From Dehalococcoidia bacterium (GTDB lineage: Bacteria; Chloroflexota; Dehalococcoidia; SZUA-161; SpSt-899): DNA of 64,000 bases. The position numbers and the translations under genes are program-made. Positions 1 to 10,596 of this stretch are shown here, one piece after another. Numbering within the stretch: the stretch's first letter is position 1; every line of letters starts with the position of its first letter. The notes under the pieces were generated by a model. The model saw nothing but the letters and a program-made list of their open reading frames with translations. It ran no database searches and was not told where the DNA came from. The DNA is taken from NCBI GenBank assembly GCA_046545575.1, contig JBKGZM010000004.1, forward strand, positions 2,521 to 66,520. Direction: 5' to 3'.

Positions 1-2
1 TA

Positions 3-230
3 CCTGCAAAGCTTCAAGGTAAGCTCTCCAACAACAGTGCCTTAATAACCGGAATTGGGATGGTCCCCCGAGGAGAGGTAGGGCTTATCGTGGCCAGCGT
101 GGGGCTTTTGTCCGGAGCAATAGGTCAAACACTCTATGGCGCTGCTGTGTTCGTAAGTCTTATGACAACGCTCGTTGTACCGGCCATGCTCAAACCCCTC
201 CTCAAGAGAATGCCATCTGGAAAGACTTAA
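3..230 (+). CDS. cation:proton antiporter (CPA2/Kef-type), 3' part only
   Basis: Manual translation gives GIGMVPRGEVGLIVASVG...TTLVVPAMLK, ending TAA at 228-230. PRGE is the CPA2 C-terminal motif. The 5' end lies outside the window. Confidence 0.8.
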   Translation, partial: PAKLQGKLSNNSALITGIGMVPRGEVGLIVASVGLLSGAIGQTLYGAAVFVSLMTTLVVPAMLKPLLKRMPSGKT

Positions 231-250
231 TTTTGAACTTTTAGCCAGTC

Positions 251-1075
251 ATGATGAATACATCACCAAGACCTCTCAATATCGTTGGCATTCTTAACGT
301 CACTGCAGACTCCTTCTCCGACGGCAAGCGATACCTGGATACCCAGCACGCCATTGAGCAGGGACTTAAACTGGCCGCTGATGGTGCAGACATCATAGAC
401 ATCGGTGCTGAGGCAACCAGCGTGAACAGCGAGAAGATAACAGTTGAGGAAGAGATAAAGCGACTTACCCCTGTCATACAGGCATTAAAGGAACAAGACA
501 TTAGGATATCCGCCGACACGTATAAGCCCGAGGTGATGAAACAAGCCATCTCACTCGGGGTTGATATGATAAACGATGTGAACGGACTGACAGACGAGGA
601 AGCGATTAAAGTGGTAAAAGAAGCCGATATCCCTGTGGTTATCATGTTCAACCGCAACCCGGATGTTCGTGCGAGAGCAACATCCCGGGACCACACCACT
701 GTCATGGACGAGATGGAGAACTTCTTTTCCAACCGGCTTAAGGCCTTGCACGAGGCCGGCATACCGGATGATAATATAATTATCGATCCTGGCATGGGAC
801 TGTTCATTGGCGGGGCAAAGTCCAGCCTGATGGCCCTTCGCCATATCGAAAATCTCAAGAAGTTTGACAGGGATATCTACGTCTCGGTGTCACGAAAGTC
901 GGTGATCGGGGAGGTTCTCAACCAGCCCGTGGAGTCGAGAGGAATTGGCACACTTGCAGCGGAGATCTGGGCGTACCTGCACGGAGTGAGCTACATCCGA
1001 ACTCATGAACCGGGTCCGCTGAGACAATCCGTTACAATGATTCAGGCTATTGAGGGAATTGAGGAATATTCATAA
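251..1075 (+). CDS. folP: dihydropteroate synthase (Sul-like variant)
   Basis: GILNVTADSFSDG, GADIIDIG, IIIDPGMG, SRKS and YIRTHE motifs. Confidence 0.93.
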   Translation: MMNTSPRPLNIVGILNVTADSFSDGKRYLDTQHAIEQGLKLAADGADIIDIGAEATSVNSEKITVEEEIKRLTPVIQALKEQDIRISADTYKPEVMKQAISLGVDMINDVNGLTDEEAIKVVKEADIPVVIMFNRNPDVRARATSRDHTTVMDEMENFFSNRLKALHEAGIPDDNIIIDPGMGLFIGGAKSSLMALRHIENLKKFDRDIYVSVSRKSVIGEVLNQPVESRGIGTLAAEIWAYLHGVSYIRTHEPGPLRQSVTMIQAIEGIEEYS

Positions 1076-1105
1076 CCCCCTTTATCCCCCTTATCTTAAG
1101 GGGGA
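1076..1105. repeat. C-rich/G-rich REP-like palindrome
   Basis: tccccctta-tct-taaggggga hairpin right after the folP stop; same family as 7345-7392 and 61911-61950. Confidence 0.6.
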
Positions 1106-1238
1106 AAGTACTGAAAACTGGACTATTTTCAATTGGGTTGCTCTCATTCGGGGTTGATATCATCGCCGTAGCGAGGAGATAATACAACTCAGTGATGGGA
1201 AGTAGGAAAAAGTATATGGGGTCTATTGAGGAGATTAA

Positions 1239-3641
1239 ATGAAGGTTTCACTGAAGTGGCTTAAAGATTACGTCGACGTAAACATACCGGTGGATGATCT
1301 GGCGTATAAGCTCACCATGGCCGGACTGGAGGTCGATGAGGTCGAGACAATTGGCGCCGGGTGGGAGAACATTCTTGTCGGTGAGGTGCTCGGACTGGAC
1401 AAGCATCCAAACGCGGATAAACTTCAGCTTGCCACCGTTGATCTGGGCCAGGAGCAGTGGACAGTGATCTGCGGGGCTCCCAACATCGCGCCAGGGCAAA
1501 AGATAGCCTATGCCAAAGTAGGAGCTAGGCTCTATGACGGGCACACCGGCGAACTCATGAAACTCAAACCGGCCAAGATACGTGGCGTGCGCTCGGAGGG
1601 TATGGTCTGCTCCGAGAAGGAACTGGGCATCTCCGAGAACCATGAAGGGATACTGGTCCTGCCCGGCGATGCTCCGACCGGAAAGCCCCTTGCTGATTAT
1701 ATGGGAGACACAGTTCTCAATGTAAGTGTAACACCCAACAGGCCCGACTGCCTTAGCATGATCGGCATCGCACGTGAAGTGGCTGCCCTCACAGGGTCCG
1801 ATTTGCATCTGCCCGAGGCTCAATATCGGGAACAGGATGTCTCAACGGAGGACATGATCTCGATCGAGATCGTCGATCCGGACCTCTGTCCGCGGTATTC
1901 CGCTGGCATCATCCAGGACGTTAAAATTGCCCCGTCTCCGCAATGGATGCAGGAACGCCTTCTGGCGGCGGGGCAGCGTCCGATCAGCAACATCGTGGAT
2001 GTGACCAATTTCGTGATGCTGGAATACGGGCAGCCCCTGCATGCGTTTGATTACGAAGGGGTCAAGGAGAGAAAGATAATCGTCCGGCGCGCGCGAGATG
2101 ATGAGAAGCTCGTTACGCTGGATGGCCAGGACCGTCAACTCAACAGGGATACGCTGGTAATCGCCGACGAGGAATACCCCGTCGCGCTGGCGGGGGTGAT
2201 GGGAGGGACGGAAAGCGAGATCACGGAAAGGACTACTACGATTCTTCTGGAATCGGCCAATTTCAATAATGTGAACATACGCCGTACGTCATTCAGACTT
2301 GGACTTGCGAGCGAAGCTTCCTCTCGTTTTGACAAAGGTATCAGTCCCAACCTTACGATACCCGCCTTACAACGCGCCCTCGATCTCATGGCCCGATTCG
2401 GCGGGGGAAAAATAGCCAGGGGAATCGTCGATGCGTACCCGGGACGCCCTGCCCAAAAGGAGCCTGTTCTGCTCTCCGCACAGCGGGCAAAGCAGGTGTT
2501 GGGTGTCGACTTCGGGATCGAGAGGATCAAGGAAGCCCTCGAATCCCTGGGGTTCACCTGTGAGCACACCAGCGATTCAGAGCTATCCGTTTGGCCGCCT
2601 TACTGGCGTACGGATATCAGGCTCGCTGATGACCTGGTCGAAGAGGTGGCGCGCATCATAGGCTATGACCAGATTCCCACGACCATGCTCAGCGCAGAGG
2701 TGCCCCACCACGAGCCAACCCCGCTTCGTTTTCTGCGAGAACAGATACAGGACATCCTGTCAGGCTGTGGAATGCAGGAGGTTATCAATTACTCTTTGAC
2801 CAGCCGGGATATACTGGAAAAGACAAGATATCAGGGGGAGTCCGGTGAACCGCTGCGGGTTGCCAATCCGCTGAGTCGTGAGCAAGAATTACTGCGCATC
2901 GACCTGCGTGGAGGATTGTTAAAGGTCTTTGCCAATGCCGAAAGACATCAAGATCATGGCGTTATGCTCTTCGAAGTTGGGAAGGTCTATTTGCCTCGAG
3001 AGGGGGATTTGCCATATGAGAGAGAGACTCTCGGAGGGATACTGGGCGGCCCTCGATTTGGAAGGTCTTGGTTGGGAGAAGAAGGCGCTCTAGACTTCTA
3101 CTACGCCAAGGGCATACTGGACACGTTGTTCGAACGCCTGGGCGCGGAAGCCAGGTTCGAGCCATCCGATGACCCCATTCTACTGCCCGGTCGCACGGCC
3201 AGCATTTCCGTCAACGGGGAAAATGTAGGCGTTATCGGCGAACTCCACCCCGATATAGCCGCTGAGTTCGATATCTCATCTGAGCCGGTGTGTTTCTTCG
3301 AGCTCGATGTGGACAAGTTACTTCCATTTGCGGAGCGCACCAAAGGGTTCCAGGCACTGCCGAGGTTTCCCACCAACGACCGGGACCTGGCCCTGTTGGT
3401 GGCTACCGATGTACCTGCACAACGGATTCTGGACATCATTTACGGGTATTCTCAGGTAAAGAGCGCTACCGTGTTCGATGTCTACACGGGCGAACAGGTT
3501 CCGAAGGGGAAAAAGTCGCTGGCCTTCTCCATCCGGTACTATTCCCCTGAGCATACCCTGACTGACGAAGAGGTGGACAAGATGCAGGAGCGGATTCTGG
3601 CGGAGATTAAAAAGGAAGTTGGGGCAGAGATTCGTCAGTAA
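1239..3641 (+). CDS. pheT: phenylalanine--tRNA ligase beta subunit
   Basis: MKVSLKWL start, HPNADKL, TPNRPDCLS, B3/B4 region, C-terminal FDX-ACB (GKKSLAF); RBS gaggag. Confidence 0.97.
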   Translation: MKVSLKWLKDYVDVNIPVDDLAYKLTMAGLEVDEVETIGAGWENILVGEVLGLDKHPNADKLQLATVDLGQEQWTVICGAPNIAPGQKIAYAKVGARLYDGHTGELMKLKPAKIRGVRSEGMVCSEKELGISENHEGILVLPGDAPTGKPLADYMGDTVLNVSVTPNRPDCLSMIGIAREVAALTGSDLHLPEAQYREQDVSTEDMISIEIVDPDLCPRYSAGIIQDVKIAPSPQWMQERLLAAGQRPISNIVDVTNFVMLEYGQPLHAFDYEGVKERKIIVRRARDDEKLVTLDGQDRQLNRDTLVIADEEYPVALAGVMGGTESEITERTTTILLESANFNNVNIRRTSFRLGLASEASSRFDKGISPNLTIPALQRALDLMARFGGGKIARGIVDAYPGRPAQKEPVLLSAQRAKQVLGVDFGIERIKEALESLGFTCEHTSDSELSVWPPYWRTDIRLADDLVEEVARIIGYDQIPTTMLSAEVPHHEPTPLRFLREQIQDILSGCGMQEVINYSLTSRDILEKTRYQGESGEPLRVANPLSREQELLRIDLRGGLLKVFANAERHQDHGVMLFEVGKVYLPREGDLPYERETLGGILGGPRFGRSWLGEEGALDFYYAKGILDTLFERLGAEARFEPSDDPILLPGRTASISVNGENVGVIGELHPDIAAEFDISSEPVCFFELDVDKLLPFAERTKGFQALPRFPTNDRDLALLVATDVPAQRILDIIYGYSQVKSATVFDVYTGEQVPKGKKSLAFSIRYYSPEHTLTDEEVDKMQERILAEIKKEVGAEIRQ

Positions 3642-3656
3642 ATCTGATTTTGACTG

Positions 3657-4091
3657 TTAGTCCCGTGACTGCAGTTTCTCCAGCCGGCGAGCATGCCTTC
3701 CGCCTGTAAACTGAAAGCTGAAGTAGGTTGCGACGATATCTCGCGCAACCCCCTCCCCCACCACCCCACCCCCCAGACACAGCACGTTGGCGTCGTTGTG
3801 CTCACGCGCCCGACGCGCGCTGAACGTGTCGTGGCAAATCGCAGCCCTGACCCCTGAGATCCTGTTGGCCGCAATGCTCATCCCTATTCCGTTACTACAG
3901 ATCAGGATGCCCTGCTGGAACCGTCCGGCCACCACTGCGTCGGCCAGGGGAAAGGCGATATCCGGGTAGTCAACGGAGTCCGTGTTAAAACACCCGAAAT
4001 CCTCATATGTGTGCCCCAGCTCAGCCAGCACCCCCTTAACTACCTGCTTCATATTGAATCCCGCATGGTCGCTGCCGATAGCGATATGCAT
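3657..4091 (-). CDS. rpiB: ribose-5-phosphate isomerase B
   Basis: IAIGSDHAG, DYPD, CSNGIGMSIAAN, HNDANVL and GGRHARR motifs. Confidence 0.95.
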   Translation of the reverse strand: MHIAIGSDHAGFNMKQVVKGVLAELGHTYEDFGCFNTDSVDYPDIAFPLADAVVAGRFQQGILICSNGIGMSIAANRISGVRAAICHDTFSARRAREHNDANVLCLGGGVVGEGVARDIVATYFSFQFTGGRHARRLEKLQSRD

Positions 4092-4115
4092 CCAGTCACC
4101 TCCGCTTCTTTGCCT

Positions 4116-4703
4116 CTATGCCTTTTCGATCTGCTTCATGCTGATAGCCCCTTCCCTCAACACTACAGGGTAAAGGTCCGTCACGTCAACCACAGTCGAC
4201 TCCACCCCTCCCGAGCACCTCCCACCGTCCAGAATGAAATCAACCTCGTTGCCAACCTGCTGCCGCACATCTTCAGCGGTAACCGGACTGGGCATGCCTG
4301 ACAGGTTAGCGCTCGTTCCCACAATAGGCTTCCCAACTCCCTGAATAAGGGAAATCGTAAGCTGGTGATCGGGAATACGCACGGCTATTTTGTCATCCTC
4401 TCCGGCCAGCCACCGCGGCGCCCCTTCTGCCCTCTTCATGACCAGCGTGAGAGCTCCCGGGAGGAAACGCTCAATCAAGTGGTGAGCCAGTTCAGTTATC
4501 TCGCCTACCTGCTGAAGCTCTGTTGTCTCAGCCACCAGGAGCGGGAGGGGTTGATGGGAGGGGCGCTGCTTTATCCGGTAGATCCTCTCCACAGCAAGCT
4601 TGTTAAAGGCCTCTGCTCCGACACCGTAGACTGTATCCGTAGGGTAAGCTACCACGCCCCCGTCTCGTAAAATCTGAATGGCTCTCTGTAGTTCCAGTGT
4701 CAT
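4116..4703 (-). CDS. tsaC: L-threonylcarbamoyladenylate synthase (TsaC/YrdC)
   Basis: VVAYPTDTVYG, PGALT, TSANLSG and STVVD motifs; start moved to ATG 4703 (MTLELQRAI). Confidence 0.9.
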   Translation of the reverse strand: MTLELQRAIQILRDGGVVAYPTDTVYGVGAEAFNKLAVERIYRIKQRPSHQPLPLLVAETTELQQVGEITELAHHLIERFLPGALTLVMKRAEGAPRWLAGEDDKIAVRIPDHQLTISLIQGVGKPIVGTSANLSGMPSPVTAEDVRQQVGNEVDFILDGGRCSGGVESTVVDVTDLYPVVLREGAISMKQIEKA

Positions 4704-4809
4704 AGCTAAACATGAGAGAAGTGTTGTGGCAACTTGACTACAGTATATCACAATGATAAGCTGGAATCGACTCCCTCGCTTCGCTCGGGACAGACTTAGG
4801 GGACGCACA

Positions 4810-6378
4810 GTGTATTCCAAGCAAAGCAAAGGTAAACCTACCGAAAAATCAGCCGTGGTCATTGACTTTGGATCACAATACAGCTGGCTGATTGCCCGCC
4901 GCGTCCGCGAATGCGGAGTCTACTCCGAGGTTGTCTCGTACGATGCCCCCTGGGAAAAGGTACAAAAGCTAAACCCGGTGTGTTTTATCCTCTCTGGAGG
5001 CCCTGGCAGCGTCTATGATAAAGGGGCACCACTGGCTCCCAACTACGTTTTCGAGAGCGGACTCCCCGTTCTCGGCATATGTTACGGGCTGCAAGCAACC
5101 GCATATCAGCTTGGCGGGCAGGTCGCCCTGGCGGAAAAGCACGAATACGGCCTGGCTATGCTCTACAAAAACGACACGGATGTGCCCCTGTTTGATGGCC
5201 TATCCGATGCAATACCGGTATGGATGAGCCATGGGGATCAGCTTATTGAAATGCCACCCGGATTCCACAATATTGGATATACTGAAAATTCCCCGCTGGC
5301 CGCCATCGCAAACGATAATAAGATTATCGGTATACAGTTCCATCCCGAGGTCGTGCATACCCCGCAGGGCAAGGATATCCTGGCCAACTTCCTCTTCAGG
5401 ATCTGTCGGGCCGAAGGGACATGGACCCCCCAGGATTTCGTCAAACAGCAAATCACCCGCATAAGAAAGAAGGTTGGAAAAGGGAAAGTGGTCTGTGCGC
5501 TTTCAGGTGGGGTTGATTCCTCTGTTGTTGCCACTTTGGTACATAGAGCTATCGGCGACCAGTTAACGGCGATTTTCGTGAACAACGGCCTTCTTCGCCG
5601 GGAGGAGATTGAGCGCTCACTCAGGACATTCCGCAATAACCTCAAGATGAACGTCCACTACGTCGACGCCACCGACAGGTTTCTGGAAACGCTGAGCGGA
5701 GTTATCGACCCCGAGGAAAAGCGCCGCAAAATCGGCAATGAGTTCATAAAGGTTTTCGAGGAGGAAGCGAACACCATTGGAGAGGTTGATTTCCTGGCCC
5801 AGGGGACCCTCTACCCCGATGTCATAGAGAGCACAGCTACCGTAAGCAGGTCATCATCGACGATAAAAACGCATCACAATGTAGGTGGCTTGCCTGAAGC
5901 CATGAACCTCAAACTTATTGAGCCGCTTCGGTACCTGTTCAAGGACGAAGTCAGGCAGGTAGGGACTACTCTCGGCCTTCCCGAGGAAATGGTCTGGCGG
6001 CAGCCATTCCCGGGGCCCGGACTGGCCATTCGGGTAATCGGCGAGGTCACAAAGGAACGACTGGAGACCCTGCGCGCCGCCGACTGGATAGTGATGAACG
6101 AGATAAAGAAGGCGAAGCTCTACAGGCAGTTGTGGCAGAGCTTCGCCGTTCTGACACCGCTTAGAAGCGTGGGGGTAATGGGAGACTACCGGACATACAA
6201 GCACGCAATAGCCATCCGGGCAGTTACTTCCGAGGACGCAATGACCGCTGACTGGGCACGCTTGCCCTACGATTTGCTGGCCCACATCTCCAATCGTATC
6301 GTCAACGAAGTCGAGGGCGTGAATCGAGTTGTGTATGATATCTCCTCCAAGCCGCCAGCTACAATTGAGTGGGAATGA
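4810..6378 (+). CDS. guaA: GMP synthase (glutamine-hydrolysing)
   Basis: [33 protein letters not shown] and KPPATIEWE motifs; probable GTG start at 4810 (ORF open from 4753). Confidence 0.96.
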   Translation: MYSKQSKGKPTEKSAVVIDFGSQYSWLIARRVRECGVYSEVVSYDAPWEKVQKLNPVCFILSGGPGSVYDKGAPLAPNYVFESGLPVLGICYGLQATAYQLGGQVALAEKHEYGLAMLYKNDTDVPLFDGLSDAIPVWMSHGDQLIEMPPGFHNIGYTENSPLAAIANDNKIIGIQFHPEVVHTPQGKDILANFLFRICRAEGTWTPQDFVKQQITRIRKKVGKGKVVCALSGGVDSSVVATLVHRAIGDQLTAIFVNNGLLRREEIERSLRTFRNNLKMNVHYVDATDRFLETLSGVIDPEEKRRKIGNEFIKVFEEEANTIGEVDFLAQGTLYPDVIESTATVSRSSSTIKTHHNVGGLPEAMNLKLIEPLRYLFKDEVRQVGTTLGLPEEMVWRQPFPGPGLAIRVIGEVTKERLETLRAADWIVMNEIKKAKLYRQLWQSFAVLTPLRSVGVMGDYRTYKHAIAIRAVTSEDAMTADWARLPYDLLAHISNRIVNEVEGVNRVVYDISSKPPATIEWE

Positions 6379-6390
6379 TAGGGGGTAAAT

Positions 6391-7272
6391 ATGAAATCGA
6401 TACTAAAGACTATAACATGTGTGCTACTGATAGCCGTTGTCGTGCTTGCCCTGGTTGGCTGCAACCAGGCAGGTGAGAGCGTGACCCAAGAAGGTGATGG
6501 CGAGATTACCCAGCAAGAACTGGTCGAGAAAGCCATCAGCGCGCAAGAAGGGGTGAAAACTTCCCAGTTCGACATGAAGATGTCGGTAGACATGAGCGGG
6601 GAGACCAGCGAGCAAAAACTCGACATGAGTATGGCATACGACATGTCAGGGAAAGTGGACAGAGTCAATAAAAGAATGCAAATGACGGTCATTATAAGCA
6701 TGGATATGCCCCAACAGGAAGAAGATTCCCAATCAGTCCAGGGGCGAATGACGATATATTCCCTGGCTGATGCGATGTATATGAAAATGAGTGTCCCTGG
6801 AACGCCGGAGCAATGGACCAAAAGCCCAATGCCCGAAGGCTCCTGGGAAAATCGCATTAACCAACAAATCGAACTCCTGGAAGAGTCACAAATCGCAATA
6901 TCGGGTGAGGAAACAGTTGAAAACGTAAGCTGCTATGCAGTCGAGTTTACACCGAGCAAGGAGAAGATGTGGGAGCTAATCCAACAGCAATGGCCGGGCC
7001 AAACAACCCAGGATAAGCCATCCAACCTGGACGAGATAATTCAGAGTATGGACCTCAAACAATGGATCGACAAAGATACCTTTTTGCCCGTAAAAGAGGA
7101 AACACAGATAACTATGGAAATAAGCCCGGAAGCAATGCAGATGCCGACTTCTGAAGGCGGGAAAATGGAAATGACGATGGATATAGTGGCAAACTATCAC
7201 AGCTATAATGAACCTGTCTCCATTGAGTTGCCCCCTGAGGCGGAAAACGCTGAAATGCAAACTACGGAGTAA
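6391..7272 (+). CDS. putative lipoprotein (LolA/LppX-like beta fold, DUF6612-like)
   Basis: Signal peptide with lipobox LVGC; Met-rich beta pattern; C-terminal YNEPVSIELPPEA. Confidence 0.7.
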   Translation: MKSILKTITCVLLIAVVVLALVGCNQAGESVTQEGDGEITQQELVEKAISAQEGVKTSQFDMKMSVDMSGETSEQKLDMSMAYDMSGKVDRVNKRMQMTVIISMDMPQQEEDSQSVQGRMTIYSLADAMYMKMSVPGTPEQWTKSPMPEGSWENRINQQIELLEESQIAISGEETVENVSCYAVEFTPSKEKMWELIQQQWPGQTTQDKPSNLDEIIQSMDLKQWIDKDTFLPVKEETQITMEISPEAMQMPTSEGGKMEMTMDIVANYHSYNEPVSIELPPEAENAEMQTTE

Positions 7273-7344
7273 ATTCCGCTAAGCTGGCGTTATGGTGACA
7301 AGAACAATCTCCAATTTCATTCCGGCTCGCCAGAGGCGAATGGC

Positions 7345-7392
7345 AATCCCCCTTAGTCCCCCTTTGGTAAAGGGGGATTTAGGGGGATTAAA
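7345..7392. repeat. REP-like palindromic repeat
   Basis: aatcccccttagtccccctttggtaaagggggatttagggggatt; 7353-7392 matches 61911-61950 at 37/40 nt. Confidence 0.75.
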
Positions 7393-7480
7393 GAGATTGC
7401 GGATCAAACACAGAATGACAAATTGGTTAGCTATTAGCCTGACATGACACCAAGGATAAGCGAGAAGTGAGCAACGCACC

Positions 7481-8746
7481 ATGAGAATCCTCGTCATCGG
7501 CAACGGAGCCAGGGAGCATACCCTCGCCTGGAAGATCGCCCAGAGCCCCAGGGTGGACAAGCTTTTCATAGCTCCCGGCAATGCCAGCACCGCAACAATC
7601 GGGGAGAACCTGGATGTAGCAGCCGACGATATCCCATCTCTGACCAAAGCAGCCCAGGACAATAGAATAGATTTGGTGATCGTAGGCCCCGAAGCCCCGC
7701 TGGTGTCGGGCATTGTTGATGCCCTTCAAGAGGTGGGCATTCCCGCTTTCGGACCCGACGCGCAAGCAGCGCAGATCGAGGGAAGCAAGGCATTCGCCAA
7801 GGACCTGATGCAAAAACACAATATACCCTGCGCCGAGAGCGCCACTTTTACCTCGATTGCCGATGCATCAGATTATGTCAAGAAGCAGTCTTTCCCGCTC
7901 GTGATAAAAGCCGATGGGCTCGCCGCAGGCAAGGGGTCTATTACCGTCGAATCTCAAGAGTCCGCACTGCAGGTCCTCTCCGATTTGATGGAAAGGCGCA
8001 TCTTCGGTGATGCAGGAGACAGAGTCGTAATCGAGGAATGCCTGGTAGGCAAAGAGGTAAGCCTTGTGTCTTTCACGGATGGGAAAACGACAGTTCCCAT
8101 GATCTCCGCCTGCGACTATAAGCGGGCTCTGGACAACGACCAGGGCCCCAACACCGGCGGCATGGGCAGCTACAGCCCCTCCGAGTTCTTCACTCCCGAG
8201 CTCTCAGAGCAGGTGATGAAGACCATTGTCAATCCCACGATAAAGGCCCTCGAACAGGCAGGTATTGCCTACAAGGGAGTGCTGTATGCGGGACTCATGA
8301 TAACCTCAGAGGGGCCAAAGGTCCTGGAATTCAACGCCCGTTTCGGCGACCCGGAGACCCAAGTCGTGCTCCCCTTGCTTGAAACCGATCTCGTGGACAT
8401 CATACAGGCGGTGACTAACGAAAAGCTGGACCAAATGAATATTCAGTGGAAAGATGAGGTGTGCGTGGGAGTAGTGATGGCCTCAGGCGGCTATCCGGGC
8501 AGTTACGAGAAAGGGTTCCCGATAGAAGGACTGAATAATGTCAATGACGATGTCCTCGTGTTCCATGCCGGCACAAAGAACAATGAATCAGGACAGATCA
8601 TAACATCCGGCGGCCGGGTGCTTACCGTCGTCGCTACAGGCAAGACATATTCTGATGCCCGTTCTAAAGTCTATGAAAACGCGGAGCGTATCCGCTTTGA
8701 AGGGTGTCAATACAGGAAGGATATCGGAATCGTCAATGCTAAATAG
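7481..8746 (+). CDS. purD: phosphoribosylamine--glycine ligase
   Basis: GNGAREH, KADGLAAGKG, GPNTGGMG and EFNARFGDPE motifs. Confidence 0.97.
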   Translation: MRILVIGNGAREHTLAWKIAQSPRVDKLFIAPGNASTATIGENLDVAADDIPSLTKAAQDNRIDLVIVGPEAPLVSGIVDALQEVGIPAFGPDAQAAQIEGSKAFAKDLMQKHNIPCAESATFTSIADASDYVKKQSFPLVIKADGLAAGKGSITVESQESALQVLSDLMERRIFGDAGDRVVIEECLVGKEVSLVSFTDGKTTVPMISACDYKRALDNDQGPNTGGMGSYSPSEFFTPELSEQVMKTIVNPTIKALEQAGIAYKGVLYAGLMITSEGPKVLEFNARFGDPETQVVLPLLETDLVDIIQAVTNEKLDQMNIQWKDEVCVGVVMASGGYPGSYEKGFPIEGLNNVNDDVLVFHAGTKNNESGQIITSGGRVLTVVATGKTYSDARSKVYENAERIRFEGCQYRKDIGIVNAK

Positions 8747-8764
8747 CAATGGAGGAGCTGTGCG

Positions 8765-9217
8765 ATGCCACTAGTCGGCGTAGTAATGGGTTCAAAGTCG
8801 GACTCCGAGGTGATGCAGCCGGCGCTTGATGCGCTTGCCCAACTTGGTGTTGAGTATGAGGTAAATGTAATATCCGCCCATCGTACTCCGGTAAAGGTCC
8901 AGGAGTATACTCAAAATGCCCATGAGCGAGGCATCGAGATCATCATCGCCGGGGCGGGGAAGGCAGCCCATCTGCCCGGCGTTATCGCCAGTTGGACCAC
9001 ACTCCCCGTCATAGGAATTCCCCTCGCTTCAGGGGAAATGGGAGGACTGGATTCCCTCCTCTCCATTGTCCAGATGCCCCCCGGAGTGCCCGTGGCCTGC
9101 GTTGCAGTGGGAGGTGCCAAAAATGCTGCCTTGCTCGCCGCCCAGATTCTAGGGTTGAAACACTACGAAATAAGAAAATCTTACGAAGAATACCGCCAGA
9201 GGCTCGCGGAGGGATAA
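8765..9217 (+). CDS. purE: N5-CAIR mutase
   Basis: [23 protein letters not shown] and [11 protein letters not shown] motifs. Confidence 0.96.
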   Translation: MPLVGVVMGSKSDSEVMQPALDALAQLGVEYEVNVISAHRTPVKVQEYTQNAHERGIEIIIAGAGKAAHLPGVIASWTTLPVIGIPLASGEMGGLDSLLSIVQMPPGVPVACVAVGGAKNAALLAAQILGLKHYEIRKSYEEYRQRLAEG

Positions 9218-9221
9218 CTTC

Positions 9222-10511
9222 ATGATCGAGAGATACTCACGACCTGAGATGGTTCAGGTCTGGTCGGAAAAGAACAAATTCGATAAATGGCTTCAGGTGG
9301 AATTGGCCGTCTGCGAGGCATGGGCCGAAGTCGGTGTCATCCCCAAAGAGGAAATCCCGAAAATAAAGAAGGCCACCCTGAACATCGAGCGGATGAAGGA
9401 AATCCTCGAGGTTACCCATCACGATGTGACAGCATTCCTTAAGGCCGTCTCGGAAAGCCTCGGCGAAGAGGCACGCTTCATACACCTGGGACTCACTTCG
9501 TCCGACATCATGGACACCGCGTTAAGCATCCAGATGCGTGAGGCTACCGACATTCTGGAGCGCGACCTTGAAGGGCTTGCCTCTGCTATTCGACGAAAAG
9601 CATTAGAACATAAACATACAATGATGATGGGACGAACTCATGGTATTCATGCTGAGCCTACCACGTTCGGACTCAGGATGGCACTCTGGCATGAGGAGTT
9701 GAAGCGCCATCAGAAGAGGATTGCTGAAGCCAAAAGCGAGATTTCGGTAGGCAAGATATCAGGGGCAGTAGGCACACATGCTACAGTACCATTGGAGGTT
9801 GAGGACATCGCCTGCGGCAAGTTAGGTCTCGAAGCTGCCAGGGTCTCGAGTCAGATCATCCAGCGCGACCGCCATGCCGAGTTTATCACCACGCTGGGGC
9901 TGATCGCCAGCTCACTGGAGAAATTCGCCACCGAGATAAGGAGTCTGCAACGCACCGAGACCCTGGAGGTTGAAGAACCCTTCGAGGAAGGCCAAACGGG
10001 TTCATCGGCCATGCCCCATAAGCGCAACCCCGAGCTGTGTGAGCGCATCTGCGGGTTGGCCAGACTCATTCGGGGCCACTCTACAGCTTCCATGGAAAAC
10101 ATCTCTCTATGGCATGAGAGAGATATAAGTCACTCTTCCACTGAACGTATAATCCTGCCCGACTCCTGCCTGGCACTGGACTACATGCTGAGCATCTTCA
10201 CCTATGTCATGAAAGGACTCCAGGTCTATCCCGAGAATATGCGTCGCAATGTAGAGCTCACTGGCGGTTTGATCTTTTCCCAAAGGGTGCTCACCGCACT
10301 GATCGAGCAGAAAGGGTTCAGCAGGCATGAGGCCTACGAACTCGTACAGCGGAATGCCATGAAAGCCTGGCAAGGAGAAGGCAACTTCCTCGACTTACTG
10401 CTCGCCGATCCCGAGGTCACCCTCTCCGACGATGAGCTGCGCTCGATATTCGATTATAATTTTTTCCTTAAAAACATTAATGCGATCTTCGGGCGGGTGG
10501 GGCTGGAGTAA
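9222..10511 (+). CDS. purB: adenylosuccinate lyase
   Basis: MIERYSRPEM start, GRTHGIHAEP, GSSAMPHKRNP signature. Confidence 0.97.
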   Translation: MIERYSRPEMVQVWSEKNKFDKWLQVELAVCEAWAEVGVIPKEEIPKIKKATLNIERMKEILEVTHHDVTAFLKAVSESLGEEARFIHLGLTSSDIMDTALSIQMREATDILERDLEGLASAIRRKALEHKHTMMMGRTHGIHAEPTTFGLRMALWHEELKRHQKRIAEAKSEISVGKISGAVGTHATVPLEVEDIACGKLGLEAARVSSQIIQRDRHAEFITTLGLIASSLEKFATEIRSLQRTETLEVEEPFEEGQTGSSAMPHKRNPELCERICGLARLIRGHSTASMENISLWHERDISHSSTERIILPDSCLALDYMLSIFTYVMKGLQVYPENMRRNVELTGGLIFSQRVLTALIEQKGFSRHEAYELVQRNAMKAWQGEGNFLDLLLADPEVTLSDDELRSIFDYNFFLKNINAIFGRVGLE

Positions 10512-10542
10512 TCAGGCCATCACAATATCATCCCGGCCAAAG

Positions 10543-10584
10543 CCGGAATCCAGATGTAGGGACAGGTCTTTAGACCTGTCCGAA
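10543..10584 (+). repeat. 42-bp direct repeat copy 1 containing a GTAG-type REP palindrome
   Basis: ccggaatccagatgtagggacaggtctttagacctgtccgaa, identical to 13387-13428. Confidence 0.9.
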
Positions 10585-10596
10585 AAAGGCTGCAGC

